A stretch of 63,273 nucleotides of DNA, the filler included. It is 4 parts of 4 records of this genome, joined end to end, with 100 filler letters (N's around TTAATTAATTAA, not from the genome) between each part and the next. Parts side by side here need not be neighbours in the genome. Positions count along the whole stretch, not along the records: positions 1 to 28,017 come from SRR2962707_3209; 3 more parts are not named here. One strand, written 5' to 3'. The notes below the pieces were generated by a model, which saw only the letters and a program-made list of their open reading frames with translations, ran no database searches and had not been told where the DNA came from. This document shows, in pieces, positions 1-9,128 of the stretch. How positions within the stretch are numbered: the stretch's first letter is position 1; each line of letters opens with the position of its first letter. A program made the translations under genes and the position numbers.

Positions 1-394
1 CCACGACCACGACCACGACCACGACCACGCACAGGTCAGTATGAAAGAAGAGCAGGCTGCAGACCGACGTAGTGTGTTCGCGATGATTTTAGCGGTGGGT
101 ATTCGCCCTTGCAGTGGGGCTGTTCTGGTGTTGTTGTTTTCGATGAGTGCCGGCATTTTTCACTGGGGAATATTGGCAACACTGGCGATGTCTCTTGGTA
201 CTGCAATAACCGTTGCGGGGCTGGCTACGGTCAGCGTGATAATCCGCGACAGTAGTTTTTTAATGGGGGGCAAGCAAAGTGTCTGGCGACAAAAACTGTC
301 CCGAGGCTTTGGTTTTTTTGCCGCTATCGTCTTGATTATTATCAGTATCTCAATGATATGGAGTTACAGCAGTAATGCAGGAAGGGTCTTCTAA
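1..394 (+). CDS. Nickel/cobalt/zinc transporter permease, RcnA/ZevB-like (5'-truncated)
   Basis: Frame is open from base 2 (HDHDHDHDHAQVSM...), giving a His-rich loop. Family motif GIRPCSGAVLVLL is followed by TM helices. Stop overlaps the zur ATG (TAATG). Confidence 0.8.
   Translation, partial: HDHDHDHDHAQVSMKEEQAADRRSVFAMILAVGIRPCSGAVLVLLFSMSAGIFHWGILATLAMSLGTAITVAGLATVSVIIRDSSFLMGGKQSVWRQKLSRGFGFFAAIVLIIISISMIWSYSSNAGRVF
2..28 (+). repeat. (CACGAC)n hexamer repeat encoding a His-Asp tract
   Basis: Seen directly; the window starts inside the repeat. Confidence 0.9.
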
Positions 395-885
395 TGAGTG
401 AAGAACATCACCCACACTCGGGTCACAATCATAACGATTGTATTGAAGCGGCGCTAGAAACCGCAGAACAGTTATGTACTGAACAAGGGCAGCGTTTGAC
501 CAAGGTGCGCCGCCGAGCATTAGAGTTGATATGGGAAAGCCATCGTCCTCTAGGTGCGTATCAGTTGTTGGCAAAATTGGCGGAAGAGGGATTTAACTCG
601 GCGCCACCAACCGTTTATCGTGCGTTGGACTTTTTGTTGGCCGCCGGTTTGATTCATAAAGTCGAGTCAATGAATGCCTTTTTAGGCTGTGCCCATGCGG
701 ATAAAGTGCATAAAGGGTATTTCTTGATTTGTGATGAGTGCCACAACGTTATGGAATTTGATTATCAAGATATTCACGCCTCGTTGATAGCCAGAGCCGC
801 AGAACAGGATTTCGAATTACGCTCAGAAACCATTGAGCTCACTGGGTTGTGTTCTGCCTGCAAAGCCGCAGGAGCCTCCGCATGA
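394..885 (+). CDS. zur: Zinc uptake regulator (Fur family)
   Basis: [28 protein letters not shown] and CSAC motifs; adjacent to znuCB. Confidence 0.93.
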   Translation: MSEEHHPHSGHNHNDCIEAALETAEQLCTEQGQRLTKVRRRALELIWESHRPLGAYQLLAKLAEEGFNSAPPTVYRALDFLLAAGLIHKVESMNAFLGCAHADKVHKGYFLICDECHNVMEFDYQDIHASLIARAAEQDFELRSETIELTGLCSACKAAGASA

Positions 886-1658
886 GTCAGCGTTTAGTTA
901 CCTTTGATAAAATCGGCATCGAATTTGGTGGGCGAGTCCTATTAGACAACATAGACATGACCATTAATGAAGGCGAAATTGTGACGCTTATTGGTCCGAA
1001 TGGCAGCGGAAAAAGCACCTTGATTCGCACTTTATTAGGGCTGCAAGAGCCGACGCAAGGCGAAGTGATTCGAGATCAAGTGTTGCGTATTGGCTATATG
1101 CCTCAGAAGTTGCATATCGACCCAACGTTGCCGCTCACGGTTAAGCACTTTTTGGCTTTGGTGCGCAGAGTGGATAAAAAACAAATTCTACCCACGTTAG
1201 AAAAGGTGGGCATTGCTCATCTTATTCATTCTCAAGTACATGTCTTATCTGGCGGTGAAACACAGCGTGTTTTATTGGCCCGAGCTTTATTGAATAAGCC
1301 TAATTTATTGGTCTTGGATGAGCCTGTTCAAGGGGTAGATGTGAATGGTCAGGTAGAGCTTTATAACCTGATTGAAGGCATTCGTAACGAGTTAAATTGC
1401 GGTGTGCTGATGGTGTCCCATGATCTGCATTTGGTGATGGCGAAAACCGATACTGTGGTGTGTATTAATCAGCATGTTTGTTGTTCAGGTAGTCCACAAC
1501 ATGTGACAGGGCATCCGGCTTACCAAGCGTTGTTTGGTATTCCAGGTGCTGATGAATCGATTGCGATTTATGCCCATCAACACGACCATGTTCATAATGA
1601 GCATGGCAGTATCTTGTCTGAAGATGACAATGCTCATTCGCATTGCTCTCATCATTAA
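882..1658 (+). CDS. znuC: Zinc ABC transporter ATP-binding protein
   Basis: Walker [15 protein letters not shown] signature, LDEP, SHDL, His-rich tail. ATG at 882 overlaps the zur stop (ATGA). Confidence 0.95.
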   Translation: MSQRLVTFDKIGIEFGGRVLLDNIDMTINEGEIVTLIGPNGSGKSTLIRTLLGLQEPTQGEVIRDQVLRIGYMPQKLHIDPTLPLTVKHFLALVRRVDKKQILPTLEKVGIAHLIHSQVHVLSGGETQRVLLARALLNKPNLLVLDEPVQGVDVNGQVELYNLIEGIRNELNCGVLMVSHDLHLVMAKTDTVVCINQHVCCSGSPQHVTGHPAYQALFGIPGADESIAIYAHQHDHVHNEHGSILSEDDNAHSHCSHH

Positions 1659-1685
1659 TCGTGCGGCTTTGGAGCGAACGGTAGC

Positions 1686-2480
1686 ATGTTAGAATTTTTA
1701 ATCAGAGCCTTGCTTGGTGGATTAGGCGTGGCGGCAGTGGCCGGTCCATTAGGCGCCTTTGTTGTCTGGCGTCGCATGGCGTATTTTGGCGATACATTAG
1801 CGCATTCTGCCTTGCTTGGCGTAGCGCTGGGTTTTTTATTCAATATTAATTTGAATCTGGCGATTGTGGTTTTGTGTGTTGGCTTGGCCGCGGTGCTTGT
1901 GACACTGCAAAAGAAACACATTATTGCGACCGATACCTTATTGGGGATTTTGGCGCATTCTGCGCTTTCTCTTGGCTTGGTCGCGGTGAGTTTTCTAGAC
2001 AACATTCGTATCGATCTGATGGCGTATTTATTTGGTGACCTGTTGGCGGTGAGCCAAACGGATCTTTACTGGATTTATGGCGGAGGTTTCGCGGTACTGA
2101 CGTTGCTGGTGGCTTTTTGGAAGCCCTTGCTGGCGGTCACGGTTAACGAAGAGTTGGCGAAGGTAGAAGGTTACCCCGTCGAAGCGATTCGTTTATTGAT
2201 GATGTTGTTGGTGGCGTTAGTCATCGCCGTGGCAATGAAAATTGTAGGGGTGTTATTGATTACTTCGTTGATGATTATTCCTGCTGCGACGGCGCGTAAG
2301 TTATCGAATACACCGGTTCAGATGGCCGCCATCTCTAGCGCGATAGGCTGCTTGGCGGTGTGTGGTGGTGTGTGGTCCTCTTATCATTGGGATACACCAA
2401 CAGGACCAAGCGTGGTGGTTTGTGCCGCTTTACTCTTCCTGATCGCTTACACGTCACCATTAAAGCGTCGTACGGCCTAG
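1686..2480 (+). CDS. znuB: Zinc ABC transporter permease
   Basis: GPLGAFVVWRRMAYFGDTLAHSALLG and YLFGDLLAV motifs. Confidence 0.95.
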   Translation: MLEFLIRALLGGLGVAAVAGPLGAFVVWRRMAYFGDTLAHSALLGVALGFLFNINLNLAIVVLCVGLAAVLVTLQKKHIIATDTLLGILAHSALSLGLVAVSFLDNIRIDLMAYLFGDLLAVSQTDLYWIYGGGFAVLTLLVAFWKPLLAVTVNEELAKVEGYPVEAIRLLMMLLVALVIAVAMKIVGVLLITSLMIIPAATARKLSNTPVQMAAISSAIGCLAVCGGVWSSYHWDTPTGPSVVVCAALLFLIAYTSPLKRRTA

Positions 2481-2533
2481 CGCTTGATATTCAAGCGGCC
2501 GTAGCGCGCTTTTTTCTTCTTTGTGATGACAAG

Positions 2534-2579
2534 ACGTTGCTCTGATTACTTTTATTAGAGCAGCGTTCTCCTCTTTTTT
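2534..2579 (+). terminator. Possible terminator of the zur-znuCB operon
   Basis: Imperfect stem ACGTTGCTCTGAT / ATTAGAGCAGCGT followed by a pyrimidine/T run. Confidence 0.4.
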
Positions 2580-2601
2580 GTTGATATCTGTAATAAAGCC
2601 T

Positions 2602-2630
2602 TATCTAGTAACGTCATATCTAGTAACGTC
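2602..2630. repeat. 14-bp direct repeat TATCTAGTAACGTC x2
   Basis: Exact copies at 2602-2615 and 2617-2630. Confidence 0.85.
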
Positions 2631-2728
2631 TTACTGCTATGCTTAGACCAATAGGGTTTTCCCTTGTGACTTTTGTCTACTGGGTCTTTTGACTGTTTTA
2701 TCATCTCGTTTTGACTGTGGGGAATGCT

Positions 2729-4360
2729 ATGCTTGGTTTTTCAACTATTAGAGGTCGCCTGTGGGGCAGCTATCTAATTCTGTTTGTGTTGTTGCTTTCG
2801 GTGTTGTTTTTTTCGGTGACACGTTTTCAATTTTTATCTAACAATATCAAAAGTATTGTTGGTGAAAATGCCGCTCTGGTTGAATTGACCGGTGAGCTAA
2901 ATGTGAATGCCGAGAGTTTGGCCAGTCGTCTTTTGATGCTCTTTGTCCTTGAAGAGAGACAAGCCCGCATCTCTATTTATAAAGAAATTGATGAACGCAA
3001 TCGGATGATGGACGAGAGCCTTGCCAAGATGCAAACCTTGGTGAAATTGCCAGAAGATCAGCGCAGTGTTGAGCAGTTAAAGCAGCAGAGAGGAGTCTAC
3101 CAAAAAGCCCTTCAAGCCACCGTAGAAGCGCTTGAATTGGGTGAGTTGGAAGAAGCTAAAAACCTAATGGCTGGGCAAACTCGTAATGATTTGCAAACCT
3201 TTTTAGATCAAACCTCCGTCTTTGCGGAGCGTCAGCAAAATCTTATCCAATCCAAACAGCAACAGATTTTATCAGAAACTGAATCTGGCATTATGCTGAT
3301 TCTTGGGCAAGGTGTATTGGCGCTTATCATAGGTGCGGTCATGTCTATCTTGATTACTCGCAGTATTGTAAAACCGCTTGGGCAAGTGGTGCAGTTATTG
3401 GATCGTGTTGCCAAAGGCGATTTGTCTCATGATATTTCGATTAAGCAACGAGGCGAAATTGGCTTACTAGTAGACAGTGTGGTGAGTATGCGAACCAGCC
3501 TTGCTGGGGTGATCGAAAAAATAGACAACAGTGCGCAAACCGTTGTTGGTGCAGTCAAAAATATTCGTTTAAGCATGGAAGATGTACAGCAAGGTTCCAG
3601 CCAGCAGCAAACCATGGCGAATGACATTCATGGCTCTGTCGGTGAACTCTCTGAAGGCGTAAAAGTGATGGCGGAGCACGTTGCTGTGTCTCGTAATCAA
3701 GCGGAAGCTGCTCACCACTTGGCACAGCAGGGCAAGGTAGTGATTACATCTGCAGCGCAAGATATTACCTCTGTAGCAGCCTATATTGAAGAAACATCAC
3801 ATTCTGTCGCCAAACTGAAAGAAAGTGCGTCCACTGTTTCTAATTTGGTGAATAGTATTCGCAATGTGGCGGAACAAACAAACTTGTTGGCATTAAACGC
3901 GTCGATTGAAGCGGCACGAGCAGGCGAGAGCGGTCGAGGTTTTGCCGTTGTCGCAGATGAAGTACGAAACCTTGCTACCAGCACCGCAGAGGTGACTGGG
4001 TCGATTGATAAAGTCATCACCGACATCAGCGCCTTGTCTATTCAGCTTTCTGACGAAATGTCTAAAGGCCAAGAGAAAATGCGTGAAGGTGTATTGCATA
4101 TCGAAGAAGTGGTTATACCACTAAGTCAGCTAGAGGCGGATTCAGCGGAGTCGTTACACAGTCTTGATGAGTTGTCTTTACTGGCTCAGCAACAAGCCAA
4201 TGAGGTGCAGGACATTGCGACTCATACCACGCTTATTGCGGAGGTAACACAGAGCAATGCTGAAACCTCATTACGCTTGAGTCGTTTAACCGACGAGCTG
4301 TTTGATTCAGCAGGGCAAACGAAAGAAGCCACTTCCATCTTTACCCTGCCTACTCGTTAG
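2729..4360 (+). CDS. Methyl-accepting chemotaxis protein (TM - helical sensor - TM - HAMP - signalling domain)
   Basis: [37 protein letters not shown] at 2729 preferred over TTG at 2711. Confidence 0.93.
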   Translation: MLGFSTIRGRLWGSYLILFVLLLSVLFFSVTRFQFLSNNIKSIVGENAALVELTGELNVNAESLASRLLMLFVLEERQARISIYKEIDERNRMMDESLAKMQTLVKLPEDQRSVEQLKQQRGVYQKALQATVEALELGELEEAKNLMAGQTRNDLQTFLDQTSVFAERQQNLIQSKQQQILSETESGIMLILGQGVLALIIGAVMSILITRSIVKPLGQVVQLLDRVAKGDLSHDISIKQRGEIGLLVDSVVSMRTSLAGVIEKIDNSAQTVVGAVKNIRLSMEDVQQGSSQQQTMANDIHGSVGELSEGVKVMAEHVAVSRNQAEAAHHLAQQGKVVITSAAQDITSVAAYIEETSHSVAKLKESASTVSNLVNSIRNVAEQTNLLALNASIEAARAGESGRGFAVVADEVRNLATSTAEVTGSIDKVITDISALSIQLSDEMSKGQEKMREGVLHIEEVVIPLSQLEADSAESLHSLDELSLLAQQQANEVQDIATHTTLIAEVTQSNAETSLRLSRLTDELFDSAGQTKEATSIFTLPTR

Positions 4361-4370
4361 TAAGGTGGGG

Positions 4371-4841
4371 TTAGCGTTTCAGGAGCCAGTGATCTAGAGA
4401 AAGCACCCCTGCGCCGCGATACATAAGCAGTAACGCAATAGCGAGCCATGTGGCGTGGGTTGGGTAGGCATCTGGATAGATAAAGAGTTGGATAACCAAG
4501 GTCATGCCTGCTAGGCCTAATGCGGCGAAGCGTGTAAAGAAGCCTGTTAGAATTAAAATGGGCAATACATGCTCAGCTATCGCTGCCAGCAAAGCGGCAA
4601 TGGCAGGAGAAAGCAACGGAAGGTTGTATTCGAACTCAAAGAGAAACAGTGTGGAATCTTTTAAATGTGGCCAGCCTAATTGAATCTGGCCACTAATAAT
4701 ATCGAGAGCAAAGCCTTCGATTTTGGTTTGTCCTGATTTCCAGAATACCGCCGCGATCGCAAATCTTGCGATAAAAAGCACCAGCGATTCTGGAATGCGA
4801 CGAAACAAAGCATCACTTTTAGATAATATTAAAGACAACAT
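4371..4841 (-). CDS. DoxX family membrane protein (BufD-like)
   Basis: ARFAIAAVFWKSGQTK, EHVLPILILTGFFTRFAAL and GAGVLSLD motifs; last gene of the DUF692 operon. Confidence 0.9.
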   Translation of the reverse strand: MLSLILSKSDALFRRIPESLVLFIARFAIAAVFWKSGQTKIEGFALDIISGQIQLGWPHLKDSTLFLFEFEYNLPLLSPAIAALLAAIAEHVLPILILTGFFTRFAALGLAGMTLVIQLFIYPDAYPTHATWLAIALLLMYRGAGVLSLDHWLLKR

Positions 4842-4862
4842 TTTTTACCCCACAGTTTACAG

Positions 4863-5627
4863 TTATTCAGCTTCTAAGGGCTGATTAGCGATATTCGTAA
4901 TTAATTTCCATTCTATTAACTTTGCCAGCGTAGCCCCTAGATCGAAATCGTCTGAGTCTGGTAGCGCCTCTTCCAATTTTTTGTTCTGTAATAACTGCTT
5001 GAAGAAACGAGCCTCTTCATAGCTAATCACATGCAATTGGGCAATTAAGTGAGACTTTGCGAGCAGCAAATATTCGCCTTCGTTGATGGCAACCTGATTC
5101 AAGCGCAAATGCCCATCGTTACGGTGGGCTTGATAGAGTGAGCCGATAGCAAAAGGAGACGCCAGTAATTGCGAGGTTGGCGGTAAGCTTAAATACAGCG
5201 CCGAGGGATCGTCCACTTGAGCAAAGGCTTCTGCTACTTGTTCATGGTTTAGTGTGGCGTGTTCTGTGTCATGGGTGAGTGCCAATAAACTGTATTCGAG
5301 TGCGGCTAAGTCTGCAAGAAACGGCAAGCTTTGTGCGGCTTCAAATTGACGAATGAAGTCTGAAAAAAGATGACCATATTCGCTGATAATAGGGGATTCT
5401 GGTGGCGAAACGAGCAGGTACTGTTTTGCCATGGCACGAAAGAAATCATCCCCTACCAATGCCTGAGTAACTGGAAATATATCGGACAGAGCATCGATCA
5501 ATGAGACCACAACATTGTTCCGGTAGACGTTCAATCGAATTTCTTTTTCTTGCATTGATAAGGCGTCTATTTCACGATAAAAGCGGGTATCTTCGCCTAA
5601 TAAGGCAGCTTTAAATTCGTTGTTCAT
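4863..5627 (-). CDS. DUF2063 / BufC-HvfC-like MNIO partner protein
   Basis: [22 protein letters not shown]...[12 protein letters not shown] at 5627 has GGGAGAG upstream and overlaps the end of DUF692. Confidence 0.9.
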   Translation of the reverse strand: MNNEFKAALLGEDTRFYREIDALSMQEKEIRLNVYRNNVVVSLIDALSDIFPVTQALVGDDFFRAMAKQYLLVSPPESPIISEYGHLFSDFIRQFEAAQSLPFLADLAALEYSLLALTHDTEHATLNHEQVAEAFAQVDDPSALYLSLPPTSQLLASPFAIGSLYQAHRNDGHLRLNQVAINEGEYLLLAKSHLIAQLHVISYEEARFFKQLLQNKKLEEALPDSDDFDLGATLAKLIEWKLITNIANQPLEAE

Positions 5628-6522
5628 AGCGACTCTCCCGCAACGCCGTTTGGCGAATTGTGTCGGCATAGCGCGCTTCAGCAAGTAGCTCGGTCAGCGG
5701 TGGAAGGTTGCCATCGCGCTCAATCAGCGTCGGGCAAGCTTGGTTCATCATATTAAGTTGGAGGCAGGTGTATTGATATAAAGCCCAAACGTCATGGGAG
5801 ACTGGTTCATCATGACTGTCTATTTTCAATGGCAATGTGGTGTTGCTGTCTAAGGTGTGACCGGCAAGGTGCATTTGCCCCACGGCATTTAGTGGGAAAT
5901 CATTGAGGTAGTCGTATGGGTTGGTTCTATTGTTAAAACAAGATACTTCGACATTATTCACATCCAGTAATAAGCCGCAGCCAGTGCGTTTGGCGATTTC
6001 ACGAATGAAATCCGTTTCGCTCATATCGCTGCGTGTGAACTCAAAATAAGTCGATGGGTTTTCAAGCAGAATTTGTCTTTGTAGACACTCTTGAACTTGC
6101 TCAATATGTCGGCACACACGGTCTAATGTTGGGCCATCATAAGGTACTGGTAATAAATCATTTAAGAATTGACTATGGTGCGTTGACCATGCCAAATGTT
6201 CTGAAAAAACAGCAGGTTGAAGCTCGTTAACCAGTTTGGCAACGCGCTTTAAATGTTCGATATTTAGAGGAGTTTCACCACCAATGGACAGCCCAACACC
6301 ATGTACGGTGAGAGGGTAATGCTCGCGGATTTTATGCAGATAATGGCGCGCAGGTCCGCCGTTACTTAAATAGTTTTCGGCATGAATTTCAAAAAAACCT
6401 ACCTCAGGTAGATCCGCTAATATGCCTTGATAATAAGCAGGCTTTAAGCTGATACCAGAGAGGGATGAAAAGGTCGAAGAGGCAAGCATTGCATCTTCGA
6501 CTTTTGGTGTGAAACGAGACAT
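5611..6522 (-). CDS. DUF692 multinuclear non-heme iron oxidative enzyme (MNIO, BufB-like)
   Basis: [43 protein letters not shown] and LIERD motifs. Start is either 6522 or 6489. Confidence 0.95.
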   Translation of the reverse strand: MSRFTPKVEDAMLASSTFSSLSGISLKPAYYQGILADLPEVGFFEIHAENYLSNGGPARHYLHKIREHYPLTVHGVGLSIGGETPLNIEHLKRVAKLVNELQPAVFSEHLAWSTHHSQFLNDLLPVPYDGPTLDRVCRHIEQVQECLQRQILLENPSTYFEFTRSDMSETDFIREIAKRTGCGLLLDVNNVEVSCFNNRTNPYDYLNDFPLNAVGQMHLAGHTLDSNTTLPLKIDSHDEPVSHDVWALYQYTCLQLNMMNQACPTLIERDGNLPPLTELLAEARYADTIRQTALRESRYEQRI

Positions 6523-6542
6523 GGGAATGTGAGTCCGTTTAC

Positions 6543-6818
6543 TTAGAAAGCTTTCAATTGGCCGTGGCCAGTTGGTGATGTTTTAGAGTCCATTTCTAAA
6601 CAAGTGCCAGCAGGGACGATTTTCCAAGCATTGCCTTGATAATCTGTTTTAGAAGTACCTGCACAAGAAGTGCCTGGGCCTGCTGCACAATCATTTTGGC
6701 CAGCTAATGCCACGCCGAAACATTTTTCTTTGCTGGCAGCTTGTGCTGGCACAGATACCGCAGAGATTGCAACGGCTGTACCAAGTGCTAGGGCTAGAGA
6801 TGCTTTTGTGTTTTTCAT
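6543..6818 (-). CDS. DUF2282 bufferin-type (BufA1) RiPP precursor with signal peptide
   Basis: Sec signal ending in AQA, then [24 protein letters not shown]...WKIVPAGTC with 4 Cys. RBS GAGGA. Confidence 0.93.
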   Translation of the reverse strand: MKNTKASLALALGTAVAISAVSVPAQAASKEKCFGVALAGQNDCAAGPGTSCAGTSKTDYQGNAWKIVPAGTCLEMDSKTSPTGHGQLKAF

Positions 6819-6901
6819 TGGTGTATCCTCATTTTCTATTAATTAGTATGTCAAAGGGGTAACAAGCAATGCCTTATGCTTTGCTTGTGTTACCTATCTT
6901 T

Positions 6902-6928
6902 GACGAGGGCGGAAAAGGTTTTATTACA
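6902..6928 (-). promoter_or_regulatory. Candidate ECF-sigma promoter for the precursor operon
   Basis: Minus strand reads TGTAAT-N17-CGTC. This matches the general ECF pattern (GTAA...CGT) and lies between the sigma/anti-sigma pair and the precursor. Confidence 0.6.
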
Positions 6929-6955
6929 TAATTTGCGGAAAAAAATGGAAAAAAA

Positions 6956-7141
6956 TTATTTTACGTCAGGATCTTTCATATAACGTTTTGAAATAGAACG
7001 TAATTCTTCCATCTGTTGTGCAAAGCGACGACAGGGTGGACACATGGTGGTGTGTACCCCTAGCGCGATTTTTTCTTTCGTATCGAGTGGTCGATCCAAC
7101 TTTTCAGACAACAACTGAGTGGCTTGGTGGCAGCTCATCAT
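6956..7141 (-). CDS. zf-HC2 zinc-binding soluble anti-sigma factor
   Basis: SCHQATQLLS...HTTMCPPC (HxxxCxxC). ATGA overlap with the sigma factor stop. Confidence 0.9.
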   Translation of the reverse strand: MMSCHQATQLLSEKLDRPLDTKEKIALGVHTTMCPPCRRFAQQMEELRSISKRYMKDPDVK

Positions 7142-7770
7142 GATGGCTTCTCCGCTTGATACCAGTTATCTTCTAGACATTCTCTTAACCGTAAACGAGC
7201 ACGATAAAGGGTGACATTGAGGTTGGTTACGGTTAAATCTTCGTTATGGCAAATTTCTGCGGTGTCCATTTCGAGAAATTCTCGCATCATAAAAAAGCGG
7301 CTGTATTTTTCGGGGAGGGCGTTTAGGCAGGCGTCAAATACTCGCCAGAAATGTGCGTTTTCAACACAGTGATCCGGCGTGTCCCATTTTTTAGGGCGCT
7401 CACTTTTTTGCCAATGACCATGTTTGTTGAATAAAACTTCAATCAGCTCTTCGCCATTCACATTCGGACCATCTTCTAGTTGGCTGGCCGCGGTATGACG
7501 TTTCTCTTTGCGCAACAGGTCGATGAGTTTGTTTTTTAGAATGGAAAAGACCCATGTTTTGAGTGCCGCTTGGCGTGAAAAACGATCGATATTTTGATAG
7601 GCCGAGAGCATGGCCTCTTGCACAGCGTCTTCAGCAAGTTGTTCATCTCGGACTTGAATGCGCGCAAATTTTACCATTTGCAGTCGAAGGTCATTCATAA
7701 ACTCGGCATTCATAAAGATGCTTGCCGCTTGTGTGTGTGCAGGGTTTGAAGAGATACTGGCGTTTGTCAT
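7138..7770 (-). CDS. ECF RNA polymerase sigma-70 factor (TIGR02943-like)
   Basis: AEDAVQEA, KTWVFSILKNKLID, FWRVFDACL and LYRARLRLRECL motifs. Confidence 0.92.
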   Translation of the reverse strand: MTNASISSNPAHTQAASIFMNAEFMNDLRLQMVKFARIQVRDEQLAEDAVQEAMLSAYQNIDRFSRQAALKTWVFSILKNKLIDLLRKEKRHTAASQLEDGPNVNGEELIEVLFNKHGHWQKSERPKKWDTPDHCVENAHFWRVFDACLNALPEKYSRFFMMREFLEMDTAEICHNEDLTVTNLNVTLYRARLRLRECLEDNWYQAEKPS

Positions 7771-7866
7771 TTAAGCCTCTACTGATGGATTATCATCATT
7801 ATAGACTGCACAATGCTTTAAATGTTTGGGTAATAGGAAAAGATTTGCTAAGAAAAGTAACAGCGC

Positions 7867-8340
7867 TTATCGGTTAAGCGCTGTAAATGCTTTATGGATG
7901 CTTTCTACGGTATAAGGTGGTGCGATATTACCCGCTAATTGATTGTGCTTATTAACTAATAGCAGTAACCCTTGGGAGTCTGAGTAGCCGACTTTGCTGA
8001 GTAATGCGGTGGTCTTTTGGTAGGCGGAATCCGCAGGGCGAAGAACCGATTGCCCGCTGGCTTCAAAAGTGGACACCTCACCCTGGCAAATAGCATCACA
8101 AATGAGAGGTTGTACTAAGAGTCCGTACCATTGACCTTTCTTGGCATTGAGAGCCGCCGACAAGTCAGGCAGGTCTCTTGGTTCAGGCAAGAGGCTAATG
8201 TTTAGTTCTGCTTGTTCTACTTTTGATAGATGCGGTTCTTCAAAGTAATTACGGAAACTTTCACTGAGGCCACAAAGAATACCCGCGACGGCGATAAGGG
8301 TAAAAATCCAAGCAGCGGTGGAGTTGTTTTTACGTTTCAT
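7867..8340 (-). CDS. Membrane-anchored hypothetical protein, reduced SCO1/SenC-like
   Basis: N-terminal TM, LLPEPRDLPD, KGQW, CxxxC (CDAIC) and LLLVN...PPY. ATGA overlap with yrdA. Confidence 0.55.
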   Translation of the reverse strand: MKRKNNSTAAWIFTLIAVAGILCGLSESFRNYFEEPHLSKVEQAELNISLLPEPRDLPDLSAALNAKKGQWYGLLVQPLICDAICQGEVSTFEASGQSVLRPADSAYQKTTALLSKVGYSDSQGLLLLVNKHNQLAGNIAPPYTVESIHKAFTALNR

Positions 8341-8909
8341 TGAGTGTCTTTCTCATGGTTATTCTGGGTCAATTGGGCGGCTTCCGCTAGGTATTCGTCT
8401 TTGAGTTTGACGTAATTTAGACCCGCATATTGGAAGTATTCGATCTCTTTTTCGCTCAATGCTCGAGCCTGTTTGACGGGCGATCCGAGGTATAAAAAGC
8501 CGGACTCCAATCGTTTACCTGGGGGGACTAAAGAGCCTGCGCCAATGATGACTTGGTCTTCGACGACGGCACCATCTAAAATGGTGGTGCCCATACCTAC
8601 TAAGACTTTATTGCCTATTTGGCAGCCATGTAGCATGGCCATGTGACCTATGGTGACATCGTCGCCGATTGATAGCGGGTGACCTTCTGGTTTGTAGGCG
8701 CTGGCGTGCGTTATGTGCAGGCAGGAGTTGTCTTGAATGCTGGTTCGGGCGCCAATGCGAATATGATGCATGTCACCACGAATCGCCACTAGAGGCCACA
8801 CAGAGCTGTCGTCACCTATGGTCACATCGCCAATAATGACAGCATGGTCGTCAACCCAAACACGCTCACCTAGTTGTGGCGTTTTACCACGAAACGATCT
8901 CATCACCAT
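8337..8909 (-). CDS. yrdA: Gamma carbonic anhydrase family protein
   Basis: Hexapeptide repeats; IRGD, IQDNSCLH and IGHMAMLHGC zinc ligands. Confidence 0.92.
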   Translation of the reverse strand: MVMRSFRGKTPQLGERVWVDDHAVIIGDVTIGDDSSVWPLVAIRGDMHHIRIGARTSIQDNSCLHITHASAYKPEGHPLSIGDDVTIGHMAMLHGCQIGNKVLVGMGTTILDGAVVEDQVIIGAGSLVPPGKRLESGFLYLGSPVKQARALSEKEIEYFQYAGLNYVKLKDEYLAEAAQLTQNNHEKDTQ

Positions 8910-9128
8910 ACAGACTCTCTTTTTAGGGTGTTTTGTGTGCAGTAAAGATGAACTATCGACATGATAGCGATAGTGTCATTGAAAAAAATCAAACACCACA
9001 TATCTTATTACATATAGATTGCTTTTAATAAGGCCATAAATTCAAAGCCTAACCATATTTATGAAACGCGATGCACAAGTGACCATGGTGGTCTTAGCGC
9101 GTTTTTTCGCATAGAAGGATAACATGAT

